From positions 1,504,001 through 1,568,000 of the forward strand of contig OZ241322.1 of the NCBI GenBank assembly GCA_965199715.1: DNA of 64,000 bases, in the 5' to 3' direction. Both the position numbers and the translations under genes were made by a program. The notes under the pieces are model-generated. The model did not search any database. It was not told where the DNA came from and worked only from the letters and a program-made list of their open reading frames with translations. This stretch comes from Vicinamibacteria bacterium (lineage in GTDB: Bacteria > Acidobacteriota > Vicinamibacteria > Marinacidobacterales > Marinacidobacteraceae). Shown here piece by piece: positions 17,955-27,540 of this stretch. Each line of letters begins with the position of its first letter. The stretch's first letter is position 1.

Positions 17955-19475
17955 TTGACCCGGACGCCCGGGTCTTCCGGGCTCCTTCTGGCGGCGCTTC
18001 TCGGGGCGGCGTGCGGCTCGGGGCAGCCGGGCCTCCGGATCGGGAACGCCCGGGTCGCCGACGGAACCGGAGCGCCGATCTTCTCCGGCGCGGTCCGGGT
18101 CGAGGCCGGCGCGATCGTCGCTGTCGGCCCGGACGTGGAGTCAGTCGCCGGGGACGTCGTCGTGGACGCGGGCGGCATGGTGCTTGCCCCGGGGTTCATC
18201 GACGTCCACAGCCACGCCGACCGCGAACTGCTGGACACGACCGACGCCGCGGCCGCCGTGAGCCAGGGCGCGACGACGCTGGTCGTCGGACAGGACGGCG
18301 GCTCCCCGTGGCCGCTCGCCGACTTCCGGGCGAAGTTCGAGTCCTCCCCCGCGCCCGTGAACGTGGCCAGCTACGCCGGCCACAACACGTTGCGCCTCAA
18401 GGCGATGGGCGAGGACTACAAGCGCGCGGCCACGCCCGGCGAGATCGCCCGGATGGCGGAGCTGCTCCGGGAAGAGCTCGCGGCCGGGGCGCTCGGCCTT
18501 TCCACCGGGCTCGAGTACGACCCCGGCGTCTACTCCTCGACCGAAGAGGTGATCGAGCTCGCTCGGGTCGCGGCGGAAGCCGGCGGGCGCTACATCAGCC
18601 ATCTCCGCAGCGAGGACCGCTGGTTCCACGACGCGCTCGACGAGCTTCTCCGGATCGGCGAGGAGACCGGCATGCCGATCCAGTGGACGCACGCGAAGCT
18701 CGCGCTCCGCAGCCTCTGGGGCGGCGCCGGCGAGGCGATCGCGAAGCTGGAGGCGGCCCGCGCCCGGGGCGTGGACGTCACGCTGGACGTCTATCCGTGG
18801 CGTCACTGGCAATCCACCCTCACCGTCCTGTTCCCGGAGCGCGACTTCGAGGATCTGGAGGAGGCGCGCTTCGTTGTCGATCAGCTCGCGCAGCCCGAGG
18901 AGATCCTCCTCCCGGTCTTCGCGCCCGAGCCCGCCTACGAGGGCCGCACGCTCCAGGACGTCGCCGACGAGCGCGGCGAGGAGCCGGCGGCGGCGCTGCT
19001 CGCGCTCATCCGCGACGCCGAGGCCATGCGCGCCCAGTCGCCTTCGGGCCCGGTCGAGACGGTGATCGCCGCCAGCATGCACGAGGACGACGTCGCGACG
19101 CTGTTCGCCTGGGAGCACGCGAGCCTGTCCACCGACGGCTCGCTCCTCGGGGCGCATCCCCGGGGCTGGGGATCGTTCCCCAGGGCGATCCGCCAGTTCG
19201 TCCGGGAGCGCCAGGACCTCACCCTCGGGGAGGCGATCCGCCGGATGACCTGGAACGCCGCCCGGCAGATGGGCTTCGACGATCGGGGCCGGATCGCGCC
19301 CGGATTCGTCGCCGACCTCGTGCTCTTCGACCCCGAGACGATCTCGGACCGGGCCACGTTCGAAGAACCCCACCTCGCGTCGGCCGGCGTCTTGCGTGTC
19401 TTCGTGGCCGGCGAAACCGTCTTCGAGAATGGCCGCGTCACCGCCGCCCGACCGGGCAGGTTCCTCGTTCCCTGA
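17955..19475 (+). CDS. N-acyl-D-amino-acid deacylase (D-aminoacylase), lipoprotein
   Basis: PGFIDVHSH, GLSTGLEY, SHLRSE, HPRGWGSFPR, ADLVLFDP. Confidence 0.9.
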   Translation: MTRTPGSSGLLLAALLGAACGSGQPGLRIGNARVADGTGAPIFSGAVRVEAGAIVAVGPDVESVAGDVVVDAGGMVLAPGFIDVHSHADRELLDTTDAAAAVSQGATTLVVGQDGGSPWPLADFRAKFESSPAPVNVASYAGHNTLRLKAMGEDYKRAATPGEIARMAELLREELAAGALGLSTGLEYDPGVYSSTEEVIELARVAAEAGGRYISHLRSEDRWFHDALDELLRIGEETGMPIQWTHAKLALRSLWGGAGEAIAKLEAARARGVDVTLDVYPWRHWQSTLTVLFPERDFEDLEEARFVVDQLAQPEEILLPVFAPEPAYEGRTLQDVADERGEEPAAALLALIRDAEAMRAQSPSGPVETVIAASMHEDDVATLFAWEHASLSTDGSLLGAHPRGWGSFPRAIRQFVRERQDLTLGEAIRRMTWNAARQMGFDDRGRIAPGFVADLVLFDPETISDRATFEEPHLASAGVLRVFVAGETVFENGRVTAARPGRFLVP

Positions 19476-19477
19476 CC

Positions 19478-20248
19478 ATGCGCTTGATTCCCCTTGTCTT
19501 CGTCCTCGGCGTCGCGGCCTGCGGCTCGGACGAGTCCAGTCCGACCACGCCGGCCCCCGCCGTTCCGCCCGCGCTCGACGTTCCCTTCGGGATCACGGAC
19601 CTGGAAGTCGGTGCCGGGCCCGAAATGGAGCCCGGACACCTCGTAGCGATCACCTACATCGGCTTCGAGTACGACCCGTCCGCCGCCGGCCGCCGGGGAA
19701 CCGAGCTGTTCTCGAACGGCGCGGCCCAGTTCCGCATCGGCAGCGGCGAACTCGTGCCCGGAGTCGATATGGCCGTCGCGGGGATGCGCGTCGGCGGCAA
19801 GCGCCAGGCGGTCATCCCCCCCGATCTCGCCTTCGGAGCCGTGGGAACCGCCGAGATTCCCCCGAACGCCACGCTGCTTCTCGAGATCGATCTCGACGCC
19901 GGCGAGCCGGCTCCCTTCAGCATGGCCGACATCGAGGTCGGGACCGGCGCGGCAGCGGCGGCCGGCAGCAATCTCACGGTCACGTACAGCGGCTGGCTCT
20001 ACGACCTGCTGGCCGAGGACCAGCGCGGCGAGCTCTTCGACTCCACCTCCACGGCGGACCCGTTCCGGTTCCAGTTGGGGACCGGCGCCGTCATCGAGGG
20101 ATGGGACCTCGGCGTGGTCGGCATGCGGGCCGGCGGGAGGCGCCGCCTCGTGATCCCCCATCCGCTCGCCTACGGCGCCCAGAGCCGCGGGGCCATACCC
20201 CCCTACGCCACGCTGCTGTTCGAGGTGGAGTTGCTGGAAGTCCAGTGA
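19478..20248 (+). CDS. Tandem FKBP-type peptidyl-prolyl isomerase, lipoprotein
   Basis: Lipobox VAAC; two FKBP domains (GMRVGGKR...IPPNATL; VIEGWD...GMRAGGRR...IPPYATL). Confidence 0.92.
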   Translation: MRLIPLVFVLGVAACGSDESSPTTPAPAVPPALDVPFGITDLEVGAGPEMEPGHLVAITYIGFEYDPSAAGRRGTELFSNGAAQFRIGSGELVPGVDMAVAGMRVGGKRQAVIPPDLAFGAVGTAEIPPNATLLLEIDLDAGEPAPFSMADIEVGTGAAAAAGSNLTVTYSGWLYDLLAEDQRGELFDSTSTADPFRFQLGTGAVIEGWDLGVVGMRAGGRRRLVIPHPLAYGAQSRGAIPPYATLLFEVELLEVQ

Positions 20249-21264
20249 GCCCCTCCGACCGCTTCGGCCGTCCGCTGCGCAGCCTGCGGCTCTCGGTGAC
20301 CGACCGCTGCAACCTCCGCTGCCAGTACTGCATGCCCGAGGCGGAGTACGTCTGGCTGCCCCGCAAGGACCTCCTCACCTTCGAGGAGACCGCCTTCCTC
20401 GTCGCCCGCTTCGTGGCGCTCGGCGTTTCCCGGCTGCGGATCACCGGCGGGGAGCCGCTCGTCCGGCCGCATCTCCCCGAGCTGGTGCGCCAGCTCGCCG
20501 CCGTGCCCGGAATCGAGGACGTCGCGCTCACCACGAACGGCCTGCTTCTCGAGGACCTGGCGCAGCCGCTTCAGGACGCCGGCCTCCAGCGGATCACGGT
20601 GAGCCTCGACACGCTGCGCGAGGACCGGTTCCGGGAGCTGACCCAGCGCGACGGACTCGACCGGGTGCATGCCGGGGTCGCCGCCGCTGCGGCCGCGGGG
20701 CTCCACCCGATGAAGCTGGACACGGTCGTCCTCGCCGGGGTTAACGACGACGAGCTCACGGATCTCTTCGAATACGCCGCCCGCCACGAAGCGGAAGTGC
20801 GCTTCATCGAGTACATGGACGTGGGCGGCGCCACCCGCTGGCGTCCGGACGGGGTTTTCCCCGCCGCGTCGATCCGCGAGGTCTTCGAGCGTCGCTACGG
20901 CGCGATCGAACCGGTCCCGACCGACGCCGCCGCGCCGGCGCGCCGCTGGCGGGTGCCCGACGGCCGGACCTTCGGCGTCATCGCGTCGGTCACCGAGCCC
21001 TTCTGCCGCTCCTGCGACCGCAGCCGGATCACCGCCGACGGGCGCTGGTTCCGCTGCCTGTACGCGGCTTCCGGGACGGATCTCCGCGGCCAGGTGCGCA
21101 GCGGCATGGACGCCGGGGATCTCGAAGCCCTCATCGCCTCGACGTGGATCGGGCGCGCCGACCGGGGTGCCGAGGAGCGCGCCGCGCTCGAGAACCGGGC
21201 GCCCATCGACGCCGAGACCCTGCGGCGGGATCCGCACCTCGAGATGCACACCCGAGGCGGCTGA
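20245..21264 (+). CDS. moaA: GTP 3',8-cyclase (molybdenum cofactor biosynthesis)
   Basis: LRLSVTDRCNLRCQYC radical-SAM motif, FCRSCDR...C second cluster, C-terminal GG. Confidence 0.95.
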   Translation: MSPSDRFGRPLRSLRLSVTDRCNLRCQYCMPEAEYVWLPRKDLLTFEETAFLVARFVALGVSRLRITGGEPLVRPHLPELVRQLAAVPGIEDVALTTNGLLLEDLAQPLQDAGLQRITVSLDTLREDRFRELTQRDGLDRVHAGVAAAAAAGLHPMKLDTVVLAGVNDDELTDLFEYAARHEAEVRFIEYMDVGGATRWRPDGVFPAASIREVFERRYGAIEPVPTDAAAPARRWRVPDGRTFGVIASVTEPFCRSCDRSRITADGRWFRCLYAASGTDLRGQVRSGMDAGDLEALIASTWIGRADRGAEERAALENRAPIDAETLRRDPHLEMHTRGG

Positions 21265-22209
21265 CTACGGGCTGACCGCCGCCGCCTCGAGCCGGAGCTC
21301 GATGATCGCGTTCTCGCGCAGCTCCTGGACGAAGTTGCCCATCTCCGTGTTCAGCTTCTCGCCGTAGATGCTCTCGGCGAGCTGGTTGCGCACCTCGTTC
21401 AGCGGGATCGTGGACTCCTCGGTCCGCTCGTCCACCGAGAGCAGGTAGAACGAGTCCCCGAGCCGGACCGGCTCGGACACCGCCCCGACTTCGACCGCGG
21501 CCACCGCGACCCGCAGGTTCTCGTCCAGCTCCCCGACCCGGAACAGCCCGAGCGCCCCACCGCTCTCGCCGGAGTCCGACTCGGAGTGGACCTTGGCGAC
21601 TTCCGCGAACTCGGTCCCCGCCTCGATGAGCCGCCGCGCCTCGCCGATCTTCGCTTCGGCGGCGGCCTCGCCGTCCTCGCCCACGTGGACCACGAGCTCG
21701 CGCAGCCGCACCTGCGGCGGCTCGACGAACTCCTCGATCCGGTCGCGGTACGCCTGCTCGATCTCCGGCTCGCTGACCTGGACCTTCTCCTCGATGTCCT
21801 GCCGTCGGATCTCCTGGATCAGCACGCCCTCCATGAACTGCTTCTTCAGTTCGTCCATGGTGGTTCCCTGGAGCTCGACCTGGCGGATGAATTCCTCCTC
21901 GTCGGCGAGGTTCATCTCCTGGATCGTCTGGTTCTTCCACTCGTCGAAGTAGCGATCGGGCACCCGCAGCCCCCGGTCGGCGGCGACTTGCAGGATGAGC
22001 GCGTTATCGACCATGCCCTCGAGCACTTGGCCCCGGAGCGTCTCGACCATCTCCGGGTCGTCGGGCACGCCGAGGCGCTCCCGCTGGACGACGACCTGCC
22101 GCTCCAGTTCGCTGAGCGTGATCATCTCGCCGTTCACGAGCGCCACGACCCGGTCCAGAACCTCCACGTCCTGCGCGAACAGGAGCGCGGCGAGAAGGAT
22201 GGTCGGCAT
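21265..22209 (-). CDS. SurA-like parvulin peptidyl-prolyl isomerase/chaperone
   Basis: DRVVALVNGEMIT SurA N-domain; FAEVAKVHS...GGALG parvulin domain. Confidence 0.88.
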   Translation of the reverse strand: MPTILLAALLFAQDVEVLDRVVALVNGEMITLSELERQVVVQRERLGVPDDPEMVETLRGQVLEGMVDNALILQVAADRGLRVPDRYFDEWKNQTIQEMNLADEEEFIRQVELQGTTMDELKKQFMEGVLIQEIRRQDIEEKVQVSEPEIEQAYRDRIEEFVEPPQVRLRELVVHVGEDGEAAAEAKIGEARRLIEAGTEFAEVAKVHSESDSGESGGALGLFRVGELDENLRVAVAAVEVGAVSEPVRLGDSFYLLSVDERTEESTIPLNEVRNQLAESIYGEKLNTEMGNFVQELRENAIIELRLEAAAVSP

Positions 22210-22240
22210 GCGCCGATTCTAGGCCGGGGAGAATCCCCGC

Positions 22241-23233
22241 GTGCCCGAGTACCCGGAAATGGAGCTCTACCGGTGGGCCGTCGAGCGCCGCGTCGCGGGA
22301 TCGAGGCTCGCCGACTTCCGCATCGGGGCGCCGCACCTGCTGGTCTCGCTGACCCCGCCGTCGGACCTCGTCGGGAAGGAGGTCGCGGCCGTGGGGCGCA
22401 TCGGCAAGCAACTGCTGATGAGCTTCTCGGACGACTTCCACTGCGCGGTCCACCTCGGCGTGGCCGGCCGGCTCCACTGGACCGAGGGCGCGAAGGAGGC
22501 GCGGGTTTCGCCCCGGGGCAACCTCGCCGTCTGGAGCTTCGACCGGGGCTCGTTGCGGCTCCTCGAGCGCAGCCGGAAGAAGCGCGCCTCGATCCGGATC
22601 GGGAGCGGCGCGGACTTCCTCCGGGAGATCGACCGGGGCGGGCTGGAGATTCCCGGAAGCGCGCTCGCCGACTTCCGCGCCCGGCTCGCCGGCGTCACCC
22701 GCACGCTGAAGCGGGCGCTCACCGAGCCTTCGCGTTTCTCCGGAATCGGGAACGCCTGGTCGGACGAGATCCTGCACCGGGCGCGGCTCTCGCCGACCCG
22801 GCGCGCCGGATCGCTCGGCGAGGACGAGTCGGAGCGCCTCCACGAGGCCGCGCGAAGCGTCTTCCGCGAGTGGCGCCAGCGGCTGATCGAGGAGTGCGGC
22901 GACGGATTTCCCACCGGGGTGACCGCGTTCCGCGACGGGATGGCGGTCCACGGCCGCTTCGGCGAGCCCTGTCCGGTCTGCGGCAGCCCGGTCCAGCGGC
23001 TCGTCCGGGCCGAGAACGAGGTGGACTACTGCGCGACCTGCCAGACGGGCGGGAAGCTGCTGCGCGACCGGTCGCTCTCGAAGCTCCTCAAGAAGAGCTG
23101 GCCCCGCACGCTGGCGGAGGCCGAGGAACGGCGCCGGCGGCTCAGCGCCCGGCAAGCGTCCGGAACGCGTCGGCGATCCGGTCCGGAGTCCACCCCGCCC
23201 CGAGCGCCGCCGAAAGGAGCATCCGGGCCTTGA
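22241..23233 (+). CDS. Fpg/Nei family DNA glycosylase
   Basis: N-terminal PEYPE, GIGNAWSDEIL (H2TH), zinc finger CPVC...CATCQ. Confidence 0.9.
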   Translation: MPEYPEMELYRWAVERRVAGSRLADFRIGAPHLLVSLTPPSDLVGKEVAAVGRIGKQLLMSFSDDFHCAVHLGVAGRLHWTEGAKEARVSPRGNLAVWSFDRGSLRLLERSRKKRASIRIGSGADFLREIDRGGLEIPGSALADFRARLAGVTRTLKRALTEPSRFSGIGNAWSDEILHRARLSPTRRAGSLGEDESERLHEAARSVFREWRQRLIEECGDGFPTGVTAFRDGMAVHGRFGEPCPVCGSPVQRLVRAENEVDYCATCQTGGKLLRDRSLSKLLKKSWPRTLAEAEERRRRLSARQASGTRRRSGPESTPPRAPPKGASGP

Positions 23234-24137
23234 GGCCGTCGAGGTCCTCCCCCGAAACGATCCCGCGCTCGCGCTGGCCCTCGGAGAGGACGACCCGGCC
23301 GCCGCCGGTCCGGGTGACGTACGCGACGACCGCTCCGGCGCCGAGCGCGAAGTCCACCGCCTCCGAGGCCTCCGGCGGGACGTTCCCCCGTCCGAAGGCC
23401 TCCACCACGATCCCCCGGAACCCGGCCTCGGCGAGCGCCCGGATCTCGGTTCCGCCGCCGCCCGCGGTCAGCCGCACGAGGCCCACCGCCGGCTCGACCG
23501 CGTCGGTCTCGACGTGGACGCGCCGCCGGGGTTCGGCGAAGAGCAGCAGTTCGCCCTCATCGACCATGCCGATCGGCCCGGTGTCCGGCGACGCGAAGGC
23601 GTGGATCGCGATGGAGTGCGTCTTCTTCGCTTCCCGCGCGGCGTGGATCTGGCCGTTCAGGACGACCAGCACGCCGAGATCGCGCATGCGCGGCGCGCCG
23701 GCGACCCGGATCGCGTCGAGCAGGTTGCGCGGCCCGTCCGAGTCCTCGTACCGGGGCGGGCGCTGCGCCGCGGCGAACACGACCGGCCGTCCGGAAGGAA
23801 GCAGCAGGTCCAGCAGGAACGCGGTCTCCTCCAGCGAGTCGGTGCCGTGGGTGACGACCACGCCGGCGAGGTCCGGATCGGCGGCGAGGACGTCCCGGAT
23901 CCGCCCGGCGAGGCCGTGCTGGAGCTCGGGGTGCATCCGCGAACTCCCGATCCGGACGAAGTCCTCGGTCGTGACCGTCGCGACCTCGTCGAGGCCCGGC
24001 AGCGCCGCCCGGAGAGCAGCGGCGTCGAGCGGCCCGTCGGCGCCGCCGGAGATGGTTCCGCCGGTCCCGATCAGGTGCACGCGGGGGAGCGGCTGGGCCG
24101 AAAGCGCCGCGGCGAGCGCGAGGAAAAGGAAAGTCAT
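23142..24137 (-). CDS. L-asparaginase (exported, type II-like)
   Basis: Signal peptide; IGTGGTIS, VTHGTDSLEETA, DGPRNL. Confidence 0.9.
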   Translation of the reverse strand: MTFLFLALAAALSAQPLPRVHLIGTGGTISGGADGPLDAAALRAALPGLDEVATVTTEDFVRIGSSRMHPELQHGLAGRIRDVLAADPDLAGVVVTHGTDSLEETAFLLDLLLPSGRPVVFAAAQRPPRYEDSDGPRNLLDAIRVAGAPRMRDLGVLVVLNGQIHAAREAKKTHSIAIHAFASPDTGPIGMVDEGELLLFAEPRRRVHVETDAVEPAVGLVRLTAGGGGTEIRALAEAGFRGIVVEAFGRGNVPPEASEAVDFALGAGAVVAYVTRTGGGRVVLSEGQRERGIVSGEDLDGLKARMLLSAALGAGWTPDRIADAFRTLAGR

Positions 24138-24172
24138 GCGGAGGGGTACACTGCCCGCTTCGGAATGGTCCG

Positions 24173-24262
24173 GGAGGGGTGCAAGAGTGGCTGAATTGGC
24201 CAGCTTGGAAAGCTGGTGTACCGGCAACGGTACCGTGGGTTCGAATCCCACCCCCTCCGCCA
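24173..24262 (+). tRNA. tRNA-Ser(GGA)
   Basis: GGAGGGG/CCCCTCC acceptor stem, anticodon arm CCAGC-TT-GGA-AA-GCTGG, long variable arm, CCA. Confidence 0.95.
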
Positions 24263-24269
24263 GACGCCG

Positions 24270-25613
24270 ATGAGCGGACTCTTCGGCCCCCCTCCGGCCC
24301 CGCCCTCGGAGCCTGAGCCGGAACCGCCCCCCAGGCCGGAACCGAAGCCCGCCGCCGGGTACAAGGTCCTCGCTCTCGCCTACCGCCCGCAGACCTTCGC
24401 CGACCTGATCGGCCAGGACCCGATCGTCCGCACCCTTCAGAACGCGATCCGGAAGGATCGGGTCTGGCACGCCTTCCTCTTCGCCGGCCCCCGCGGCGTG
24501 GGCAAGACGACCGCCGCCCGCGTCCTCGCCAAGGCGCTCAACTGCCACGCGACCGGTGGGCCGAACCCGGAGCCCTGCGGCGGCTGCCCGTCGTGCTCGG
24601 AGATCGCCGCCGGGGTCTCGCGCGACGTTCCCGAGATCGACGGCGCGAGCAACAACAGCGTCGAGAAGGCCCGCGAGATCATCGAGGCGGCCCAGTACGC
24701 GCCGTCCCGCGACCGCTTCAAGATCTACCTCGTGGACGAGGTCCACATGCTCAGCTCGGGCGCCTTCAACGCGCTCCTCAAGACGCTCGAAGAGCCGCCG
24801 GCGCACGTGAAGTTCATCTTCGCGACCACCGAGCTCCACAAGATCCCCGAAACCATCCTCTCGCGCTGCCAGGAGTTCGAGTTCCGCACGGTCAGCCCGC
24901 GCCAGATCATGCACCGGCTCGCGCACATCGTCGAGGACCAGGGCTTTTCGATCACCCGCGACGCGCTCGCCCAGATCGCCCGTTTCGGGCAGGGGAGCGT
25001 CCGGGACCCGCTTTCGGCGCTGGACCAGGTCCTCGCCGGAGCGGATCGGGAGGTCACGCTGGCCGACGTCAACTCGGTGCTCGGCGTTCCCGATGTCTCG
25101 CTGTGCCGCAAGACCACCGAAGCGGTCCTCAAGGGCGACCGCAAGGCGATCTTCGAGGTCGTGAACGATCTCGTCCGCGACGGCCGCGACCTGCGCCACT
25201 TCGTCACCATGCTGCTGCACTACCTGCGCGACGTGGTGGTCCGCCGGGCGGCCCCGGACGCGCCCGAGCTCCTCGAGTGGAGCGACGAGGCGGAGTCGCT
25301 GCGCGAGTTCGCCGGGCAGTTCAGCGAGGCCGACCTGCTACGCAGCCTCGACGCGCTCACCCGGGCCGACGACGGCCTGCGCTTCGCCCCCGAGCCGCGC
25401 TTCCATCTCGAGATGGCGCTGCTCCGCCTCGTGGAGCTGCCGCGCCTCGCCGAATTCGACGCGCTCGTCGACCGCCTCGACCGCCCGGCGCCCGCTCCGC
25501 GCCCGCCGCCGAAACCCCGGGAGTCCGCTGAGCCGACCGCCGTCGTCCGCGAATATCGGGCCAGTTTCGGAGGCGATATTGTCCCCGTCGGTCCGGGCGC
25601 GAAGCCCGCCTGA
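24270..25613 (+). CDS. dnaX: DNA polymerase III subunit gamma/tau
   Basis: YRPQTF, GPRGVGKT, Zn-binding cysteines, DEVHML, SRC. Confidence 0.95.
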   Translation: MSGLFGPPPAPPSEPEPEPPPRPEPKPAAGYKVLALAYRPQTFADLIGQDPIVRTLQNAIRKDRVWHAFLFAGPRGVGKTTAARVLAKALNCHATGGPNPEPCGGCPSCSEIAAGVSRDVPEIDGASNNSVEKAREIIEAAQYAPSRDRFKIYLVDEVHMLSSGAFNALLKTLEEPPAHVKFIFATTELHKIPETILSRCQEFEFRTVSPRQIMHRLAHIVEDQGFSITRDALAQIARFGQGSVRDPLSALDQVLAGADREVTLADVNSVLGVPDVSLCRKTTEAVLKGDRKAIFEVVNDLVRDGRDLRHFVTMLLHYLRDVVVRRAAPDAPELLEWSDEAESLREFAGQFSEADLLRSLDALTRADDGLRFAPEPRFHLEMALLRLVELPRLAEFDALVDRLDRPAPAPRPPPKPRESAEPTAVVREYRASFGGDIVPVGPGAKPA

Positions 25614-25625
25614 GGAACCGCGCCC

Positions 25626-25922
25626 ATGATCGCCCGAGCCTCCCAGATGGCCCGTCAGATGCGCCAGATGCGCAAGCTGAAGAAGCAGATCGAGGCCATC
25701 ACCGCCGAGGGCTCCGCCGGCGGCGGGATGGTCAAGGTGCAAGTCACCGGCGGGCGCAACGTGCGCCGGGTCGAGATCGACCCCTCGGTCGTCGAGAAGG
25801 GCGACGTGGAGCTCCTCGAGAGCCTCGTCAAGGCCGCCTCGAACGACGCGATGCGCCGCCTTGAGAAGAAACTCTCCCAGGAGCCGGCGCTCCGCGACCT
25901 CGGGGGACTGATGGGGAGCTGA
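25626..25922 (+). CDS. ybaB: YbaB/EbfC nucleoid-associated protein
   Basis: GSAGGGMVKV...IDP...LLESLVKAASNDA; lies between dnaX and recR. Confidence 0.9.
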   Translation: MIARASQMARQMRQMRKLKKQIEAITAEGSAGGGMVKVQVTGGRNVRRVEIDPSVVEKGDVELLESLVKAASNDAMRRLEKKLSQEPALRDLGGLMGS

Positions 25923-26509
25923 TGAGCCTCCCCGAGCCGCTCGTCCGACTCATCGTCGAGTTCCGCGCGCTGCCGGGGATCGGCGAGAAATCGGCGGAAC
26001 GGATCGCGTTCCACCTCCTCGCCGCCGACCCCGACGGCGTCCGGGCCTTCGGAACCGCGCTGGCCGAACTGCACCAGCAGGTCCGCAAGTGCATGAACTG
26101 CGGCAACTTCGCCGACGGCGAGGCATGCGGCTTCTGCCGGGACCCGGACCGCAGCGACGCCAGCATCTGCGTCGTCGAGGCCCCCGCCGACATCGCCGCG
26201 GTCGAGCGTGCGCGGACGTTCCGGGGGCGCTACTTCGTGCTCGGCGCACGGCCGTCCGGCGGCCCGCTCGAACCCGAGCGCCTCGAACCGCTCGTGCGGC
26301 GGATCCGCGCCGGCGGCGTGGAGGAGGTCGTGGTCGCGACGAACCCGACGCACGCGGGCGAGAGCGCCGCCGGCTGGCTCGCGCACGCGCTGCGTCCCGA
26401 GGGCGTGCGCATCACCCGCATCGGTATCGGGGTCCCGATCGGCAGCGAACTGGTCCACGCCGACGCCGGCACGATGAGCGAGGCGTTCGCCCATCGCAGC
26501 CCGCTCTGA
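25922..26509 (+). CDS. recR: Recombination mediator RecR
   Basis: LPGIGEKSAERIAF HhH, CMNC...CGFC zinc finger, ICVVE, EVVVATNP Toprim. Confidence 0.92.
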   Translation: MSLPEPLVRLIVEFRALPGIGEKSAERIAFHLLAADPDGVRAFGTALAELHQQVRKCMNCGNFADGEACGFCRDPDRSDASICVVEAPADIAAVERARTFRGRYFVLGARPSGGPLEPERLEPLVRRIRAGGVEEVVVATNPTHAGESAAGWLAHALRPEGVRITRIGIGVPIGSELVHADAGTMSEAFAHRSPL

Positions 26510-26557
26510 CCCGCCGCCGGGATAAGCTAGCCGCCCTTGCGGGATCGCTTCCGGGAT

Positions 26558-26629
26558 TCCACGGTAGCTCAATGGCAGAGCAGCGGACTGTTAATCCGTT
26601 GGTTGTAGGTTCAAGTCCTACCCGTGGAG
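26558..26629 (+). tRNA. tRNA-Asn(GTT), CCA not encoded
   Basis: TCCACGG/CCGTGGA acceptor stem, anticodon loop CT-GTT-AA, T-arm GTAGG-TTCAAGT-CCTAC; discriminator G followed by CCC. Confidence 0.92.
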
Positions 26630-27540
26630 CCCGGGTCGGCCTCCTCGCGGTTCTGGCGCTTCTCGCCGCGGCCCCCGCGCTCCCCCAGTCGAACGAGCCG
26701 CGCACCCACCTGCGGCTTCGCGGCCGGCACATCTACAACAGCCTCACCGAGGACGTCACCACCGAGCGCCTCACCGTCTGGACGGACACCCGCATCGGCG
26801 ACCGCATCCAAATCCGCGGGGTCTGGGACGTGGGCGAGACCCGCGTCCACGACCTGTGGGCGCAATACCGGGCGAACGACTGGCTGCGCATCCGCGCCGG
26901 GCGCGCCGCCCCGCTGTGGCTGCCCGAGTTCACCGAACCCCCGTTCGCCTTCCAGATGGTCGGCTCGAACCCCGGCTCCGCGCTCACCCGGCCCCGGGAG
27001 ACGGCGCTCATGTTCCTCGTGGATCGGGGCCGCTACACCGGCGCCTTCCACCTCGTGAACGGGACCGGGTTCGCCCCCGAGGACAACGACTTCAAGGACG
27101 TGCTGCTGGGAGTGGGCCGCTTCCTCGGCGACGACTGGAAGCTCGACCTCGGCCACTACGAGGGACGCGACGGTCCCGACGCGGACGTCCCGCGCCGCCA
27201 GACCGCGGTGCACCTCGACGGAAGCCCGGGCCGCGACGCCACGATCCGGGCGGCGCTCCACCGCAGCGAACTGAGCGGCGCCGAGCGCTTCGGCGGCTTC
27301 GTCCGGGTGCGGCGTTTCCTTCCCGAGCACCGGATGTGGGGCGCCCTCGAACTCGGAACCGAGACGAACCACGACGACTCCCACCAAAGCCACGTCATCG
27401 CCGGCGTCCGCTACGAGCTCCCGTGGACGCTGAGCCACGTCGCGGCGGACTACCGCCGGCGATTCGGGGCGGTGAGCGACAACGCGCTTCTCGTCATGAT
27501 CCAGTGGGTGCTGGACTTCCGCGCGCCGCGCCGGCCGTGA
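26572..27540 (+). CDS. Putative outer-membrane beta-barrel/porin (OprO/P-like); start uncertain, overlaps tRNA-Asn
   Basis: Hydrophobic signal segment GLLAVLALLAAAPALPQ; alternating beta-strand pattern (DLWAQY...LRIRAGR, NGTG...DNDFKD). Confidence 0.6.
   Translation: MAEQRTVNPLVVGSSPTRGARVGLLAVLALLAAAPALPQSNEPRTHLRLRGRHIYNSLTEDVTTERLTVWTDTRIGDRIQIRGVWDVGETRVHDLWAQYRANDWLRIRAGRAAPLWLPEFTEPPFAFQMVGSNPGSALTRPRETALMFLVDRGRYTGAFHLVNGTGFAPEDNDFKDVLLGVGRFLGDDWKLDLGHYEGRDGPDADVPRRQTAVHLDGSPGRDATIRAALHRSELSGAERFGGFVRVRRFLPEHRMWGALELGTETNHDDSHQSHVIAGVRYELPWTLSHVAADYRRRFGAVSDNALLVMIQWVLDFRAPRRP

Noticed and set aside
27515-27540. Porin C-terminus FRAPRRP as another RAPP-like arrest motif
   Set aside because: Not RAPP, and the next gene is convergent, so there is no downstream target
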